This document shows, one piece after another, positions 50,401 to 63,500 of a DNA stretch of 64,000 nucleotides (positions are counted from its first letter, which is position 1; each line of letters begins with the position of its first letter). The stretch covers positions 14,570,001-14,634,000 of the forward strand of contig CM120642.1 in NCBI GenBank assembly GCA_051362555.1. Reading direction: 5' to 3'. The DNA is from Lingula anatina. Taxonomy: Eukaryota > Animalia > Brachiopoda. Under the pieces are notes generated by a model. That model had not been told where the DNA came from. It did not search any database and was given only the letters and a program-made list of their open reading frames with translations. The position numbers were made by a program, and so were the translations under genes.

Positions 50401-53400
50401 GTCTTGAAGACCTTCCCATATCACATTTTCTGAATATCCATGATACTTTTATTTTTTTTATAAAAAATTGATGGTCATTATGCTGTTAAGTATTGTGTTA
50501 TATTGCATGAAAGTTGAAGAAACCTGTATTTTGGACACTGCTGCCAGGATAGCGATTAAGGGAAAACCATGTTACTTATGATACTCAAATTTACTGAAAA
50601 GTTTCATAAGACTGAAGTGCAGCTTGTGTTGGAAAACCAGTGTGATTGTTTTCTGTTTTGGAAGCAATGCAGTTCTATAGAGTGAACTATGGTGCAATAA
50701 ATGTATATGGCAGTATATTAATTCAGGGTCACAAACTAATTTGCTTAATTAATTTTCAAGTGGCCATTAAATGAGATTACATAAAACACACGTTCATAAA
50801 GTAATTTGCTTAATAATTTTTCAAGTGGCCATTAAATGAGATTACGTAAAACACACGATGAGATTTCATTGTAAAGTCCCCTGGGTATATCTCTCTTAAC
50901 TGTGTCACATAATTAGGAATCAATGATTATTGTGCAGGTAAATGTTAGTCATGTTAGTAATTAGACAGCTAGATTTAAAGTTTGAATAGCAGCTTTATTG
51001 GAATTTTTTGTTTTGTTTTATTTTACATTTTCTTTTAATTATTTTTCAAACACTAGCATCTTCAAGATATCACTTTCAACTCCCATCCACCAGAAGCACT
51101 CTGCATTTTCTGTTTTTCCACATAAGGAGTTGTGTTGGTTTTTATGCCTTTAAACATTGTGTAATTATATTATTTTATGCACTGTCATCTTTTTTCACAT
51201 ATTGGGATTTTCATTATGTGAATTTGAACTCTCACATATGGTCCTGAAACTGTAATCTTATTGACCATGTTATTCTGTTGTACATTTTGTGAAATTTTAT
51301 CTTTCACATACTGGAATTTTCATTGTGGGACTTATAACTCCCAAGGACATGTAACATTTAACTTTTATTGATACTACCTGTTGTGCAATATTTGCAACTT
51401 GACTGTTCTTTTTGGCAAATAATTAATTTTCTTTGTAAAAAGGGTTTTGTTTTTTTTTTTGTTATAATCTCTTAAGATATTGTTACAAAGTATAGCCATC
51501 TATGGATGTCACATGGTCTGATGAAAAGTTCAGATATCAGAATAATAGCTATGACTGCCCTTTTTGTAGTAAAACAAAATATATTTCTGCGAGTTGTTTA
51601 CACTGTTTAAACTCAAGTTGGATGATTCATATCATGGTTATGCACCTAGACTGAATGGCAGCTTTAGTGGAATATTTTTGTAATTTTTTCTTTAATTTTT
51701 CAAACTGGCATTTTTAAGATGTTTTCACTTTTCAGCATATATGCAACACTGTAAACACATTTCAAGAAAAAAAACGATAGGCCTGTTGTCATGAAACTCG
51801 CTGGGGTAATGGATCTCACTAAATTGAGGTCAAGTTCGAAAAGCGGCATGATCGGGCCACTATTTTAGTAGTTATGCTTTTTTCCCCACTTTTCAGCATA
51901 TATGCAACACTAAAAACACAATATAAGGAAAACAGATAGGCCAATTGCCATTAAACTCACAGGAGTGGTCAATGCTGCTAAAACACAGGTTGAGTTCGAA
52001 AATCAGCATAATCGGGCTATTATTTTAGAAGTTATGCTGTTTTTTCACATTTCCTCACATTCAATTCTTAGGCATGTTAACAGTCTCATTAGTTAACTAA
52101 TAAGATACGTAAAAGTGTTTGTTTGACATTTCCTGCATCTTTACAACATTGTTAGTTGATTTTGTAAAAATAATGGTAAACTTATTATTGTGTATTGTGT
52201 AATAAAGTTTCAAAAGTGGAAATAAACTCATGTCATAGCAGTTTGTCAGATTCAATCATTCACTATGTTCAGAATCTCAGAATGGAAGAAATTGGCTATT
52301 TAACACTGCTCTATTGATATTTTTCTTAGTTGATCATATAAAAATGGCAGTAAACTGTTAATTTTGTTTTATGTTAAAAAAAAAAAACATTTCAGAACAG
52401 TGCTGTCTTGTTTACATTTTGGCATTTTCAAGTTGTGACTTTGAAGTTCCATGGGCCTGAAGACCTTCCCATATCACATTTTCTGAATATCCATGATACT
52501 AATATTTTATTATTAAAAATTGATGGTCATTATGCTGTTAAACGTTATGTAATATTGCATCAAAAAAACTATTTTTGGCACTGCTCCCATGATGACCATT
52601 TAAGAAAAACCAGGTCACTTACTGTTCTCAAACTTGCAGGAAAGAAACATGCGACTAAAATACAGCTTCAGTAGGCAATGCAGTCTGTTTGGTAATTCTT
52701 ACTGCCAGTTAAACAGTTTTTTTTTTTTTTTTGTGAAAATTTAATTTTTCACAAGATATGCTTGAAGACCTGTGCTAGTTGCATTTTCTGAAAATCCATG
52801 ATACGTTTATTTTATTTTCAAAAGTTGACAGTCTTTATGCTGTTAACCATTATGTAATATTGCATCAGAATAGAAGAAAACACAATTTTGGGTGCTGCTG
52901 CCATGATGACCATTATGGGAAAACCATGTTATTTATGACTGCCAAACTTTCAAAAAAGAAATACAGGGCTAAAATGCAGCCTGAGTTGGAAAAGTAGTCT
53001 AATTGGCTTCTTTTTCTGGAAGTTATACAATTTCAAAGTGTGAACTTGAACTCCCATGGGCCTGAAGCCTTATGCTTGTTACACATTTTACTTACATTGG
53101 TATTACCTGTTGAGCATAATTAAAATTTAATGTTGAATTTGCAGTTCAACATAATGTACTTTTGCATCAGAATTGACAGTAGCCTATTTTGTGCATAGTT
53201 ATTTCCTGTTTTTTGTCTGTACATTTGACAGCTTTGCTGCCTTGTTGTATATAAGTGTTTTTCCTTTGATTTAATTCTTAGGCATGTTAACAATCTCATC
53301 TGTGAACTAATTAGATATGTAAAGGTGTTCTTTTGACATTTTCTGCATCTTAACAATATTGTTAGTTGATTATATAAAAAAGATGGTAAACCTGTAATTG

Positions 53401-56400
53401 TGTAATAAAGTGTCAAAAAATGGAAATAATAATAAACTCGTATCTTTACAGTTTGTCAGATTCAATCATTCACCATGTTCAGAATCTCAGAATGGAGCAA
53501 ACTGGACATTCAAAATTGTTCTATTGATATTTTTCCTATGTCAACAATTTTCTCAGTTGTTCATTTAAAAATGACAGTAAATTGATTACTTTGTTATATG
53601 AAAAAAAGGTGTTGAAAATGGAAGAAAATCAATTCAATACAGTTATCTCTTGTATACAGGTACATTTTGGCATTTTGAAAGTGACTCTGAACTTCCAAGA
53701 CCTTTCCATGTCACATTTTCTGTATATCCATGATACTTTTATTTTATTATTAAAAATTGATGGTCATTATGTTATATTGCATAAAAGTTGAAGAAAACCC
53801 TATTTTGGAAATGGCTGCCAGAATGACCATTAAGAAAAACCATGTTACTTATGATACTCAAACTTACTGAAAAGTTCTGTAAGACTGACGTGCAGTTTGT
53901 GTTGGAAAATCAGAGTGATTGTTTTCTGTTCTGGAAGCAATGCAGCTCTATAGAGTGCTATATGGGGCTACTGTTTATGGCTGGTGGTAATTGTCCCTTG
54001 GGGTAGTCACAAGCTAAATTCAGAGCTATAAAATCATTTGCCTAATTAATTTCCAAGTGCCCATTAAATAAGATTACATAAAACACACGTTGAGATTTCC
54101 CAGTAAAGTCCCATAGGTTAAGCTCTCTTAACTGTGTCACATAATTAGGAATCTGTGATAATTATGCAGGTAAATGTTGTTTAGTATTGCAAAAAAGTTA
54201 ACAAAAGAAAAAAATATATTTGAATAACAGTGCCTTATTATCCTCAAACACATTGGGGTTATTCATATCATGTTATTACAGCAAGATTAAAAGTTTGAAT
54301 AGCAGCTTTAATGGGATATTTTTGTTGTGTTTTCTTTTTAATTTATTATTCAAACGCTGGCATTTTCAGCTCCCATCCACCTGAAGCTCTTCACATTCTC
54401 TGTATTTCCACATAAACAGTTGCATTGGTTTTTATGTCTTTAAACATTATGTAATATTATTTTATGCATTGTCATCATTATTCAAATATTGGGATTTTCA
54501 TTATGTGAATTTGGTCCTGAAACTGTAATCTTATTGCAGGGGTGGATTGAGGCCGTCTTCTGGGTCTTTCAGATTTTAAAATTCATATTGATGGGTATCT
54601 GTTTTTTTCTGTTGGAAGACCATCAAAAATGTAGGATGGATCAACAAAGATAATTTGGAATACTGTCAGAAAATATCTCTTTATCCGCTCCTGTTATTGA
54701 CGATGTCACCTGTTGTGCATGATTAAAATTCAGTGTTGATTGACAGTGCTATTGTAGGCATGATTTATTATTGCATCAAAATTAACAAAATGAACCATTT
54801 TCTGCATTTTCTCAGCATATATGCAGCACTGATAACATGATAAGTGGAAAACCATTTTACCTTTTGGCTTGAAACTTACAGAACTGATGAATATTCATAA
54901 TACGCAGGTCAAGTTCGAAAATTGGCTTGATTGGACTATTTTTACAAATTTAAAGTTATGCTGTTTTTTTCCATTATTCAGCATATATGCAACACTGACA
55001 ACACATTTTAAGGAAAACCAATCAGCCTTTTGTCTTGAAACTTACAGGAGTGATCAGTCTGACTAATATACAGATCAAGTTTGAAAATAAGCTTGATCAG
55101 TTAAGTTTTGATGAAGTTATTAGCCTTTTTGCATATAAGTGGCTTTTCTTCAGATTAATTCTTAGGCATGTTAACAGTCTCAATATGGAACAAATTAGAT
55201 ATGTAAAAGTGTTGTTTTGACATTTTCTGCTTCTTAAAAATATTGTTAGTTGATTATATAAAAATGACAGTACACCTTGTATTGTGCATTGTGTAATAAA
55301 GTATCAAAAATGGAAGGGAACTCATATCATTGAAGTTCGTCAGATTCAATCATTCACTAAGTTAAGAATCTCAGAATGGAGCAAGTTGTTCTATTGATAT
55401 TTTTCCTTTGACAACATATTTTAATTGATCATACAAAAATGACAGTAAATCGATTATTTTTTTTCATGTAAAAAAGGTATTGAAATGGAAAATAAACTCT
55501 TTTTAATACAGTTTCTCTTGTTTAGATTTTGGGATTTTCAAAGTGTTTCTGAACTCTATGGGCTAGACACATTTTGTGAATATCCATGATAGTTTTATTT
55601 TATCATTAAAAAACTGATGGTTATTATGCTGTTAAGCATTATGTAATATTGCATCAAAATTGAACAAAACCCTATTTTAGGCACTGCCTCCTTAGTGACC
55701 GTGAAAGGAAAACCATGTCACTTGCTCTTTTTACACTTAAAGGAAAGAAACATAGGACTGAAATACAGCTTCAGTTGGAAAATCTGTCTCATTAGTTAAT
55801 TTTCTGGAAGTTATAGAGGTTTTTTGTGAAAATTTTTATCTTTCACATACTGGAATTTTCAATGTGGGACTTAGAGCTCCCTTGGGCATGAAGCCCAGTG
55901 GTAATCACCTTTTTTTAATGTTCATGTTTTTAATAGTAGATATTTAAAAATTGGTGGTATTTATACAGTTAATCATTATGTAATGTTGCATCAAAATTGA
56001 CAAAAAACCTCTTTTGTACACTGCCACCATTAACGTTATAGAAAGAAAACTGTTACTTTCTATTTTTTCAACTAGTCTTACAAGAATGATTCTTAGGATT
56101 GACATACAGCTCATATTAGAAAACCAGCTCTATTAGATTATCACTTTTATCAAATTTATGCATTTTTTGTGAAATTTTCATTTTTCTCATTTTGGCACTT
56201 TCTAAATATAAACTTGAACTCTGATGGGCCTGAAGCCTTATGCTTTTACTTTCGTCGGTGTTACCTGTTGTGCATAATTTTAAAACATTTGATGTTGACT
56301 GTGCAGTTAAACATAATGTATTATTGTATCAGAATTGATAGTCTCCTATTTTGTGCATTATTGTTTTGTGCATTTCTTAAGGGTGTGACTTATGGGCCTG

Positions 56401-56590
56401 AAGACCTTTGAGAGGGTCAGTCTGTAAGTTATAAAGTCATTTGCCTAATTAATAGGCCATTAAATGAGATTACATAAAGCACACTTGTTGATATTTCCCT
56501 GTAAACTCCCAAAGGTTAAGCTCTCTGCTGGATTAATAATAAGGAAGCAGTGATAATTATGCAGGTAAATTTTGTTTTATATTGCAAATA
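47493..56590 (+). mobile_element. HINE copy 3, split by copy 4; 3' terminus not found and right boundary approximate
   Basis: The 5' hairpin lies at ~47499, followed by 161-bp units. The element resumes at 53247 and continues as HINE-internal sequence to ~56590. Confidence 0.65.
48187..53246 (+). mobile_element. HINE copy 4, complete, inserted in a T-run inside copy 3
   Basis: 5' hairpin at ~48192 and 3' TGTCTGTACATTTGACAGCTTTGCTGCCTTGTT at ~53214-53246. The flanks rejoin as gccttttt/gtatataagtg, the uninterrupted motif seen at ~49929-49948. Confidence 0.78.
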
Positions 56591-58367
56591 AGTTTTTAAT
56601 ATATATAATTATATTTATAATAGTTTTTAATATATTTAATTATAATAATATGCCCCCAACAGCCATTATAATAAAAATGATAATATGAGTAATAGTAAAG
56701 TTTTAATCTGCCAGTGTGTGTGAGTGTATGTGTTATGAAATGCATTAAAAGGGGAAGTTACATTACTACCTTGGGCTTAAATAAAAATGAAATAAGACTA
56801 GGACTAAAAGAAAAGTGAAGTTGAAAATTGTGGACAAAAGTACTATGATTAACTATAATATTTACAAAGGTGTTTGAGAGTCTGGTAAAATCATATACAT
56901 GTAGGACTTATTCTAAATAAAGCTTTTTATTGACCAGTGATTTCTGCTTCTAAGATTTAAGTAAAATAAAAAGTAATGCAATTAATGAAACATTTTTACT
57001 GCTATGGATGTGCCCAGAATTATTCCTTCAATAATTTTAAATTTGACAAAAGAAAGTCTTTCTTTTGACTAGGACTAGGTTTTGACAAGGATCAGTTTTT
57101 TTGGTAGTTCTATAAGCTCTGGTAAAATTGTAAACACTGAAATACTTTTACATGTGGTAGTAGAGATTTTGTACTTAAGCATTGACAAAATGTCTCTTTC
57201 ATCTCTTTTGTACATATAATGGTGAAATTAAAACCTTTTGAACCTCATAGTTATTTAGTTTCTTTGATAAAGAATAACTTCATTTATATATTTATACATG
57301 TATATGAAATGTCTCATCATTTTAATGTCTTACAGGACTCTCACTTTTAGAAAGATACATGACCTACTGTGATGTGTACAAGAAGAGGGGTGGTTCGAGT
57401 CCTGGCTCAGATGACGACGATCAAGATGTACTGTACCAACGTCAAGGCCATTACAACCCATTCCTCCTCACAAAACTCCTCAAAAACTACAGATCACATC
57501 CTGCTATCCTCAAGCTTCCAAACGAACAGTTCTACGACAACGAGCTAGAAGCCTGTGCTGACCGACTTGCCAGGGAGTCCCTCTGCAACTGGGAAGGTTT
57601 ACCAAAAACGGGGTGTCCCTTTGTATTCCATGGAGTGGTTGGGGAGGACATGAGGGAGGAAAGGAGTCCATCATTCTTCAATCCAGAAGAAGCAACTATT
57701 GTGTTGGGATATGTGGAGAAGCTACTGGAGGCCAGAGGCATCCGAGTCTTGCAGAATGAAATTGGAATTATTTCCCCCTACAGAAAACAAGTGAGGGAAA
57801 TATGACAGAGCTTATTCCATGATGAATACAGGCAACCCCTCCCCAGTCCCTCTCCCTTTTCAAGTTACTAACAACAGTTTGCAATATCAAATCGGGCTTC
57901 ACGCCAAATGCCAATTAATTGAAGCTGCCTAGTAAAACTTTGCAAATTTGTTTACAATTATTAACTGGGCCTTTTTGCTGAGTTAGGGCAATAGATTCTA
58001 AGAATGTGGCATAGCTCTAAAGAGCCAGTAGTCAACATTCTTTAAAGGTCCAACATTCCATTTACCTTAAAGTACAGCCACAATACATCTGAGTTAATAG
58101 TATGTTATAGATATGTTAGGCTTATGAAAAGTCCTACTTTAACTACAGAAGTGTACATGTATAAAGAAAAATTTTAAAAATTAAAATTAAAATTGTGGTG
58201 AATTTGCTCACTCCCATCTCACATGGCAAATTCAATTACTAATCCACCTGAGCTTGGTTATAATGTAATGTACTAACAATATGCAGCCTGTTCAGAGTTA
58301 TGGCTAACTACTAGTAAAATAAGATAAAGATAAAGTAAATGCTGAATGTAACGGATGAGTATTAAAT

Positions 58368-58541
58368 CAGGCGCGTAGCCAGGGGGGGGTTCGGGGGTTT
58401 TAAAGAACTGCCACTTTTGCTGGGAAAAGGTCCACTGTGGGTAAAATTTGATCTACATGTAGGTACATGAAGTTTTTATGGAAAAAGGTCCACTTTTTCA
58501 GAAAAAGAACCCCCCTTTTGAAATTGCTGGTTACGGGCCTG
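58368..58541. mobile_element. 174-bp MITE (CAGGC...GCCTG) in a MOV10 intron
   Basis: Imperfect TIRs CAGGCGCGTAGCCAG / CTGGTTACGGGCCTG, flanked by a TAAAT direct repeat. Confidence 0.7.
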
Positions 58542-58792
58542 TAAATGCACAGACATCCCTTTTTATTCTCTCCACAGGTTCAAAAACTGAGGCAACTGCT
58601 GTCCAAGAAAAACTTTCGGGACATAAAGGTGGGCAGTGTGGAGGAATTTCAGGGTCAGGAGAGACGGGTCATCATGGTGTCCACCGTGAGGAGTAACCCC
58701 GATTACCTGGCTCTGGACGCAGAGTTCAAGCTGGGCTTTTTAAAGAACCCACAGGTCAGTCATTTGTACACTTATGCACGTGGACACACAAA

Positions 58793-58966
58793 CTGGGGTA
58801 GAGTTAACACTGCCCAATTAAGCCAAATGCTAAAACTGACTTCAATTGGCTAAACAAAATAGGGTTGATTTGCGACTTATTTTAGTCAAATTTAAACCAT
58901 TTTGGAGAAAAAAGTGATGAAAAAGTAGTAATTTGGCTTTAGAAAAAATTGCTAGTGCCACCTCAG
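58793..58966. mobile_element. MITE copy 2 (family of 32776-32948)
   Basis: ctggggtag...agccaaatgctaaaactgactt...aattggctaaa is shared with 32776-32948. Confidence 0.72.
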
Positions 58967-60470
58967 CATATGGTAATAACTTGATTTTTTTCAGTGGGGG
59001 GGAAATCGTGAATTTTACAGATGCAGTATTTTTTTAGGCCATTAATTTTTAAAATTTTAATACTCCTACCCAATTCCTATTGGATGGTCACAACAAAATA
59101 AAAAAAGTAAGCTACTCTATAGTTCTAATCTGTGCAGTAAGAGTACCACTAATACTATATACTTTATGTGTTTATAAAGGTATACATTTGAAAGTTTGAT
59201 AATTTTTGCCCATTGAAAAGATAGTGTCATTACCATGATTGTGCTGTGGCATGTGTATATGCGTGAACACATAATTCATAAGACTTTGTACATATGGATG
59301 TGCACACACATATTTTGAAATGTAAGGTTATTTAAACAGCTATAGTCCATACTATTTTCATCACCATTTCTTTCCACTATGGCACTGCAGAGACTATGCC
59401 ATGTGATGCGGAATTCACAGAAGAGATATGAACAGTTAGTCTCAGACTATACTGTCTTCAGTGTTCACCCGCACATACAGTTACATGTGGGATTAATTTT
59501 TTTTCAGAGGTTTAATGTGTCGATCACAAGAGCAAAGGCCCTATTGATTGTTGTAGGGAATCCGTTTCTTCTTTCGCAAGATGAACATTGGAACAGGTGA
59601 AGTGAATTATTTTAATTTATTTGATCAGTAGCAAAAAAAGTTCAATCAAATTATAAGACTTTTTCAAACCAAACACAAATCAGCCATGTTAGGTTCAAAA
59701 TTTTTTTCCTTTATTTAATCTTTATTTAATCTCATTGTTTCTAAGAACTCTTGTTCAGACAGACAGACAAACCAACAAAAAAAGAAATGTTAAGGATTTA
59801 ATAAAGTTCATAAATTAAATTTTTAATGTTTGTTCAGACAGACTGACAAAAAAAAAACAAAAAAACAAAGAGGATAGAAAGATTAAAAAGAGAAAGCTAT
59901 CATGTTTTAGTTCAGACAGACTGTTAAATGAAAAAAAAATAGAAAAAAAAGGAAAGTTAAAAAACATGTAAATTAAACTCCAAACTGACAGACAAAATAG
60001 TGTCTACTAGGCAATTCTTTCTTTTATTGTGAATGAAAGTCCATACAGAAAGACAAAAGAAAGTAGGCAATTCTTTCTTTATTTTCAACTTCTCTTTGGT
60101 GTAGTTTCCTTAAGTACTGCCTCGAGAATAAAGCGTACACAGGATGTGATTACGATGACCCTACTGATCAGCTCGACGATGTCGTAGAGAGGTGCAGTGA
60201 ATATTAAGCAGTCAGGTACGAGCAGGATTTATTGCAATCAATTTCTCTGTTGAATATTTTATTTTCTCAGATTATTGGCTATAAATAATCTAAATCATTA
60301 GGACTGAAAAGTCAGAATTTCAAATAAATTGCATGCACATGTACTATCTACTAGCTGTCATCTTGCATTTTCATTACTTAAAGTCCATTTTCAAGAGCAA
60401 CTATTTTCTTCTTGTCTGTCGTGTTATTCAGACGTACCACAAGTAATGTGTCCAAGATTTATTGATTTTA

Positions 60471-60500
60471 ATTATTATTATTATTATTATTATTATAATT
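60471..60500. repeat. (ATT)n microsatellite
   Basis: Seen directly. Confidence 0.85.
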
Positions 60501-63500
60501 ACTGCACCATTTAAACTTTTTTGGGAATATATTATTTTTCAAGATGTAACCATGGATGTCAGCCAGGTTCAGTTGCAAGAGGACCCCGAGTGGACAGGAG
60601 AGGCCTAATTTTAACTCTGTATTCTCAACTGTATTCTCAACTCAGATTCTTCTGTGATCAAGAGGAAATGCAAGATCTTTTACTAGGGGACCCTGAATTT
60701 GAAAATCAAAATATTATGACGAATAAGACATGGAGGCTAGAGAAACTGATATAATATAATATTGTTGACCACGATATAAAGCTGCCTCATGTATATTAAA
60801 CTATGACATCTACCTGTAAACTCAGACTTATCAAACCTTGCAAGTTCATCTTTTTTTCTGGAGAAAGGTACATTCAAGTGACATGACGTTTATTATGAAA
60901 CAATTGAGGATATTACTTACTTAAGCCATATTTTATGGTGCTTGAAACTGTGGGCATTTTTTGTCACTTGATTTTAGAGAGATTTTGATAGATATCATGT
61001 AGTCAGATTAGGTACAACTCTGTTAAAGAGCTTGTGAATCACTAATTGTATGAAAATAATCAAAATTGGGGTTTGAATAATGCTTCAATAATTGTCTTAA
61101 TCATTTTGACTTGAGCCTATTTTATCTGTGAATATCAAATTTTAATATTTTTAATAACATTTTATCAGTATATTTCAGATATGCTTTATGAAAAAGTTTT
61201 AAATTGACAGGAGTATTTTTATAATAAGTCAGTTTTAGAAATCAAATTGATTCTATACTAGTGAAAATGTAAAATTCCAGAGTATATTTTTAACCAATGT
61301 TTTCTGTAATGTATCATACAGTGTGAGTGTGTTTGTTCTCACCCTATGGGGAGGCAGAGCCTTCAAACTAACTATTCCTTGCACTTGCTTTTCTAAATGT
61401 TTGAAGTTGGTTTGTAGTCTAAAATCTGAGCCTATAAAGACTTAGCTGGCTAAGTTGCACTTCACAGTTGTAAGAATCTTACAGATAGCCTAGGTCAGAA
61501 ATAACTGATAAGTTCCAATGACTCACTGCAAAAAAGGTTGGTAGATTGCATGAATCTATTTGTGGTCTAAATTTTGTCTTTTATGCATATATTTAATGAG
61601 AATAGCATCCAAAGGTTAAGGTTGGGCTTTCACTACACCAATCCCCTATTCCCCTTTTTTCACTTACAAAATGGCAAAAATAAAAATAGGTGCAAGAAAA
61701 GTTCTGATTTAATCAAAACTAGAGTATTGTTCGCTCATTAACCAAGTTATCAATTTTGCCTCATTTTTTCCAGTCTTTTTACTTTCTTTTCACTTTCCTT
61801 TGATTTACATTTTGATTGTCTTGGCAAGTCTTTTACTTGCAGTGGTGTCAGTAGCCCATTTATGTATATTCTACTCATCAACTGTGGACCAATCATTCTT
61901 AAAAAATTGTAGTTGTAAGACAATATCGCAAAGTTGACTTTGTATAGTTGGCTATCCAGATTTAGCAGTCTAAGCTTAATTTTTTTGTGAAACGGTTCCC
62001 TTTTTTCAATGAGCCAGTATACAGTACCTAATCAGTATTGAATTTACATATTTTATCTTTATCAGCACAATAAGAATCTTGCCATCTACTTTGAATTTTC
62101 ATTGTTATTAACATTTTAGAATTGTTATGGAATTAAGCTAATTATGTTATCAGTAAGAACAAGATGTTATTATAATGATACATTTATGTACTGTGTAGAT
62201 GCCAGTGCACTACTAAATTATGAGGAGAAATTTTTAATATTTTTTGGGATGGAGGAAACACAATTAATGAGGTTTTGGGGATTATCTTAATTTTGTGCAA
62301 AATTGGGCAACAGACAATGGTTATTTATGTACTAAAAATATATCAATAAAGCAAAAAAGAATGATAGTGCTAAGCTGTGGTGGAACCAAAATTTTAAGAA
62401 ACAGATTTTGTGGGGTTGCAAAATATCGTGTGTATCACGTCTATAGACTTAGCAGTATAAAAAGCCTTATAATTCTTGCAAGTGGTTTCTTCTTAGTAAT
62501 TTGGACATTTAAGTTAAATTGAGGACAACACCGCTTCACTAAGAAATGACGTAAAGTCACAAACTACAACGAAGATGGACTGAATTATACAAAAGTAATG
62601 TCTGATCGGAGAGTGGGGGTGCATTCGAAACACATGACCTTTTGTCACTCTTACGTAGTTTTTTTAATTACACATACACCATAATAATAAGTTTAGCTAG
62701 AAGACACATTTTGTACGCCTAGTTCTAAGGACATAAGCCTACGGATGTATCCAATATATATTAGATGGGGTTGGGTTTTTTTACCCCTCCTAAAATAAAT
62801 TTTAAAACTCGGTCAGAACTTATAATTTGATATTAAATAACTTAATTATAAATTTATAATTGTATATATATGCATTTAAAAAAGTCATCAAATCACGTTC
62901 CAAGACCTAAATATTTTCATAATGTACGCCTTATGACACTTGATAACGTTCACGTGATTCAGATGAAGACAAAATGTGTCAAAAATATCTGAAATCGATA
63001 TTGGGAAAGGGTTTAAGGGAATGATGTAAGGCACATGAGTAAACTGTGGTCACATAAAGAGATAATTCTAGTTTTTTATGTAATTATGCAAACATTTTCC
63101 GACTCATGCATGCCTCAAAGTATGGGAAGTTTAAATATTTTAAATATCGAAGGCTTTAAAAATATCCTATGTGGATAATATTTACACGTTTTTAATACTA
63201 ACAAAAATTAGACTGCTTTAAATAGGTATTACGACATGCACGTTTATTTTTGACAAATTTTGTCTTCAACTTCGGTTGAATTTTTCACAGTGCCTGGTAA
63301 TGAATGTTTGCTAATTGCTTTCTAAGAGAATGCAGTTTTTGCCGTTTAAAAAATTTGACTTTTCCCTGTCACCATTTCGTCTAGCTAATCGTGGATGTAA
63401 CTGAATTAAAGATTCTATCAATGGCTAAAATATTACAAAAAAACATCAAACAACTGAAAATAATGACCCGCGACAAAAGACGCCCCGAAAAGTTTCTTTT

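Larger units (their letters stand above)
57336..60608 (+). pseudogene. MOV10: 3' half of a MOV10 (Armitage/SDE3 family, UPF1-like SF1) RNA helicase gene; exons 57336-57790, 58578-58754, 59508-59596, 60105-60215, 60544-60608
   Basis: The exons encode [92 protein letters not shown] and a C-terminal EDPEW. No motif I/II (GPPGTGKT/DEAGQ) exons were found upstream in the window, and there is an apparent frameshift near 60192. Pseudogene status is an inference. Confidence 0.8.

Noticed and set aside
42059-57337. C16orf87 exon 4 spliced to the MOV10 fragment as a fusion protein
   Set aside because: The phases match, but the junction T|GA creates a stop codon. An exon 2 junction (G|GA) would be in frame but has no supporting evidence.
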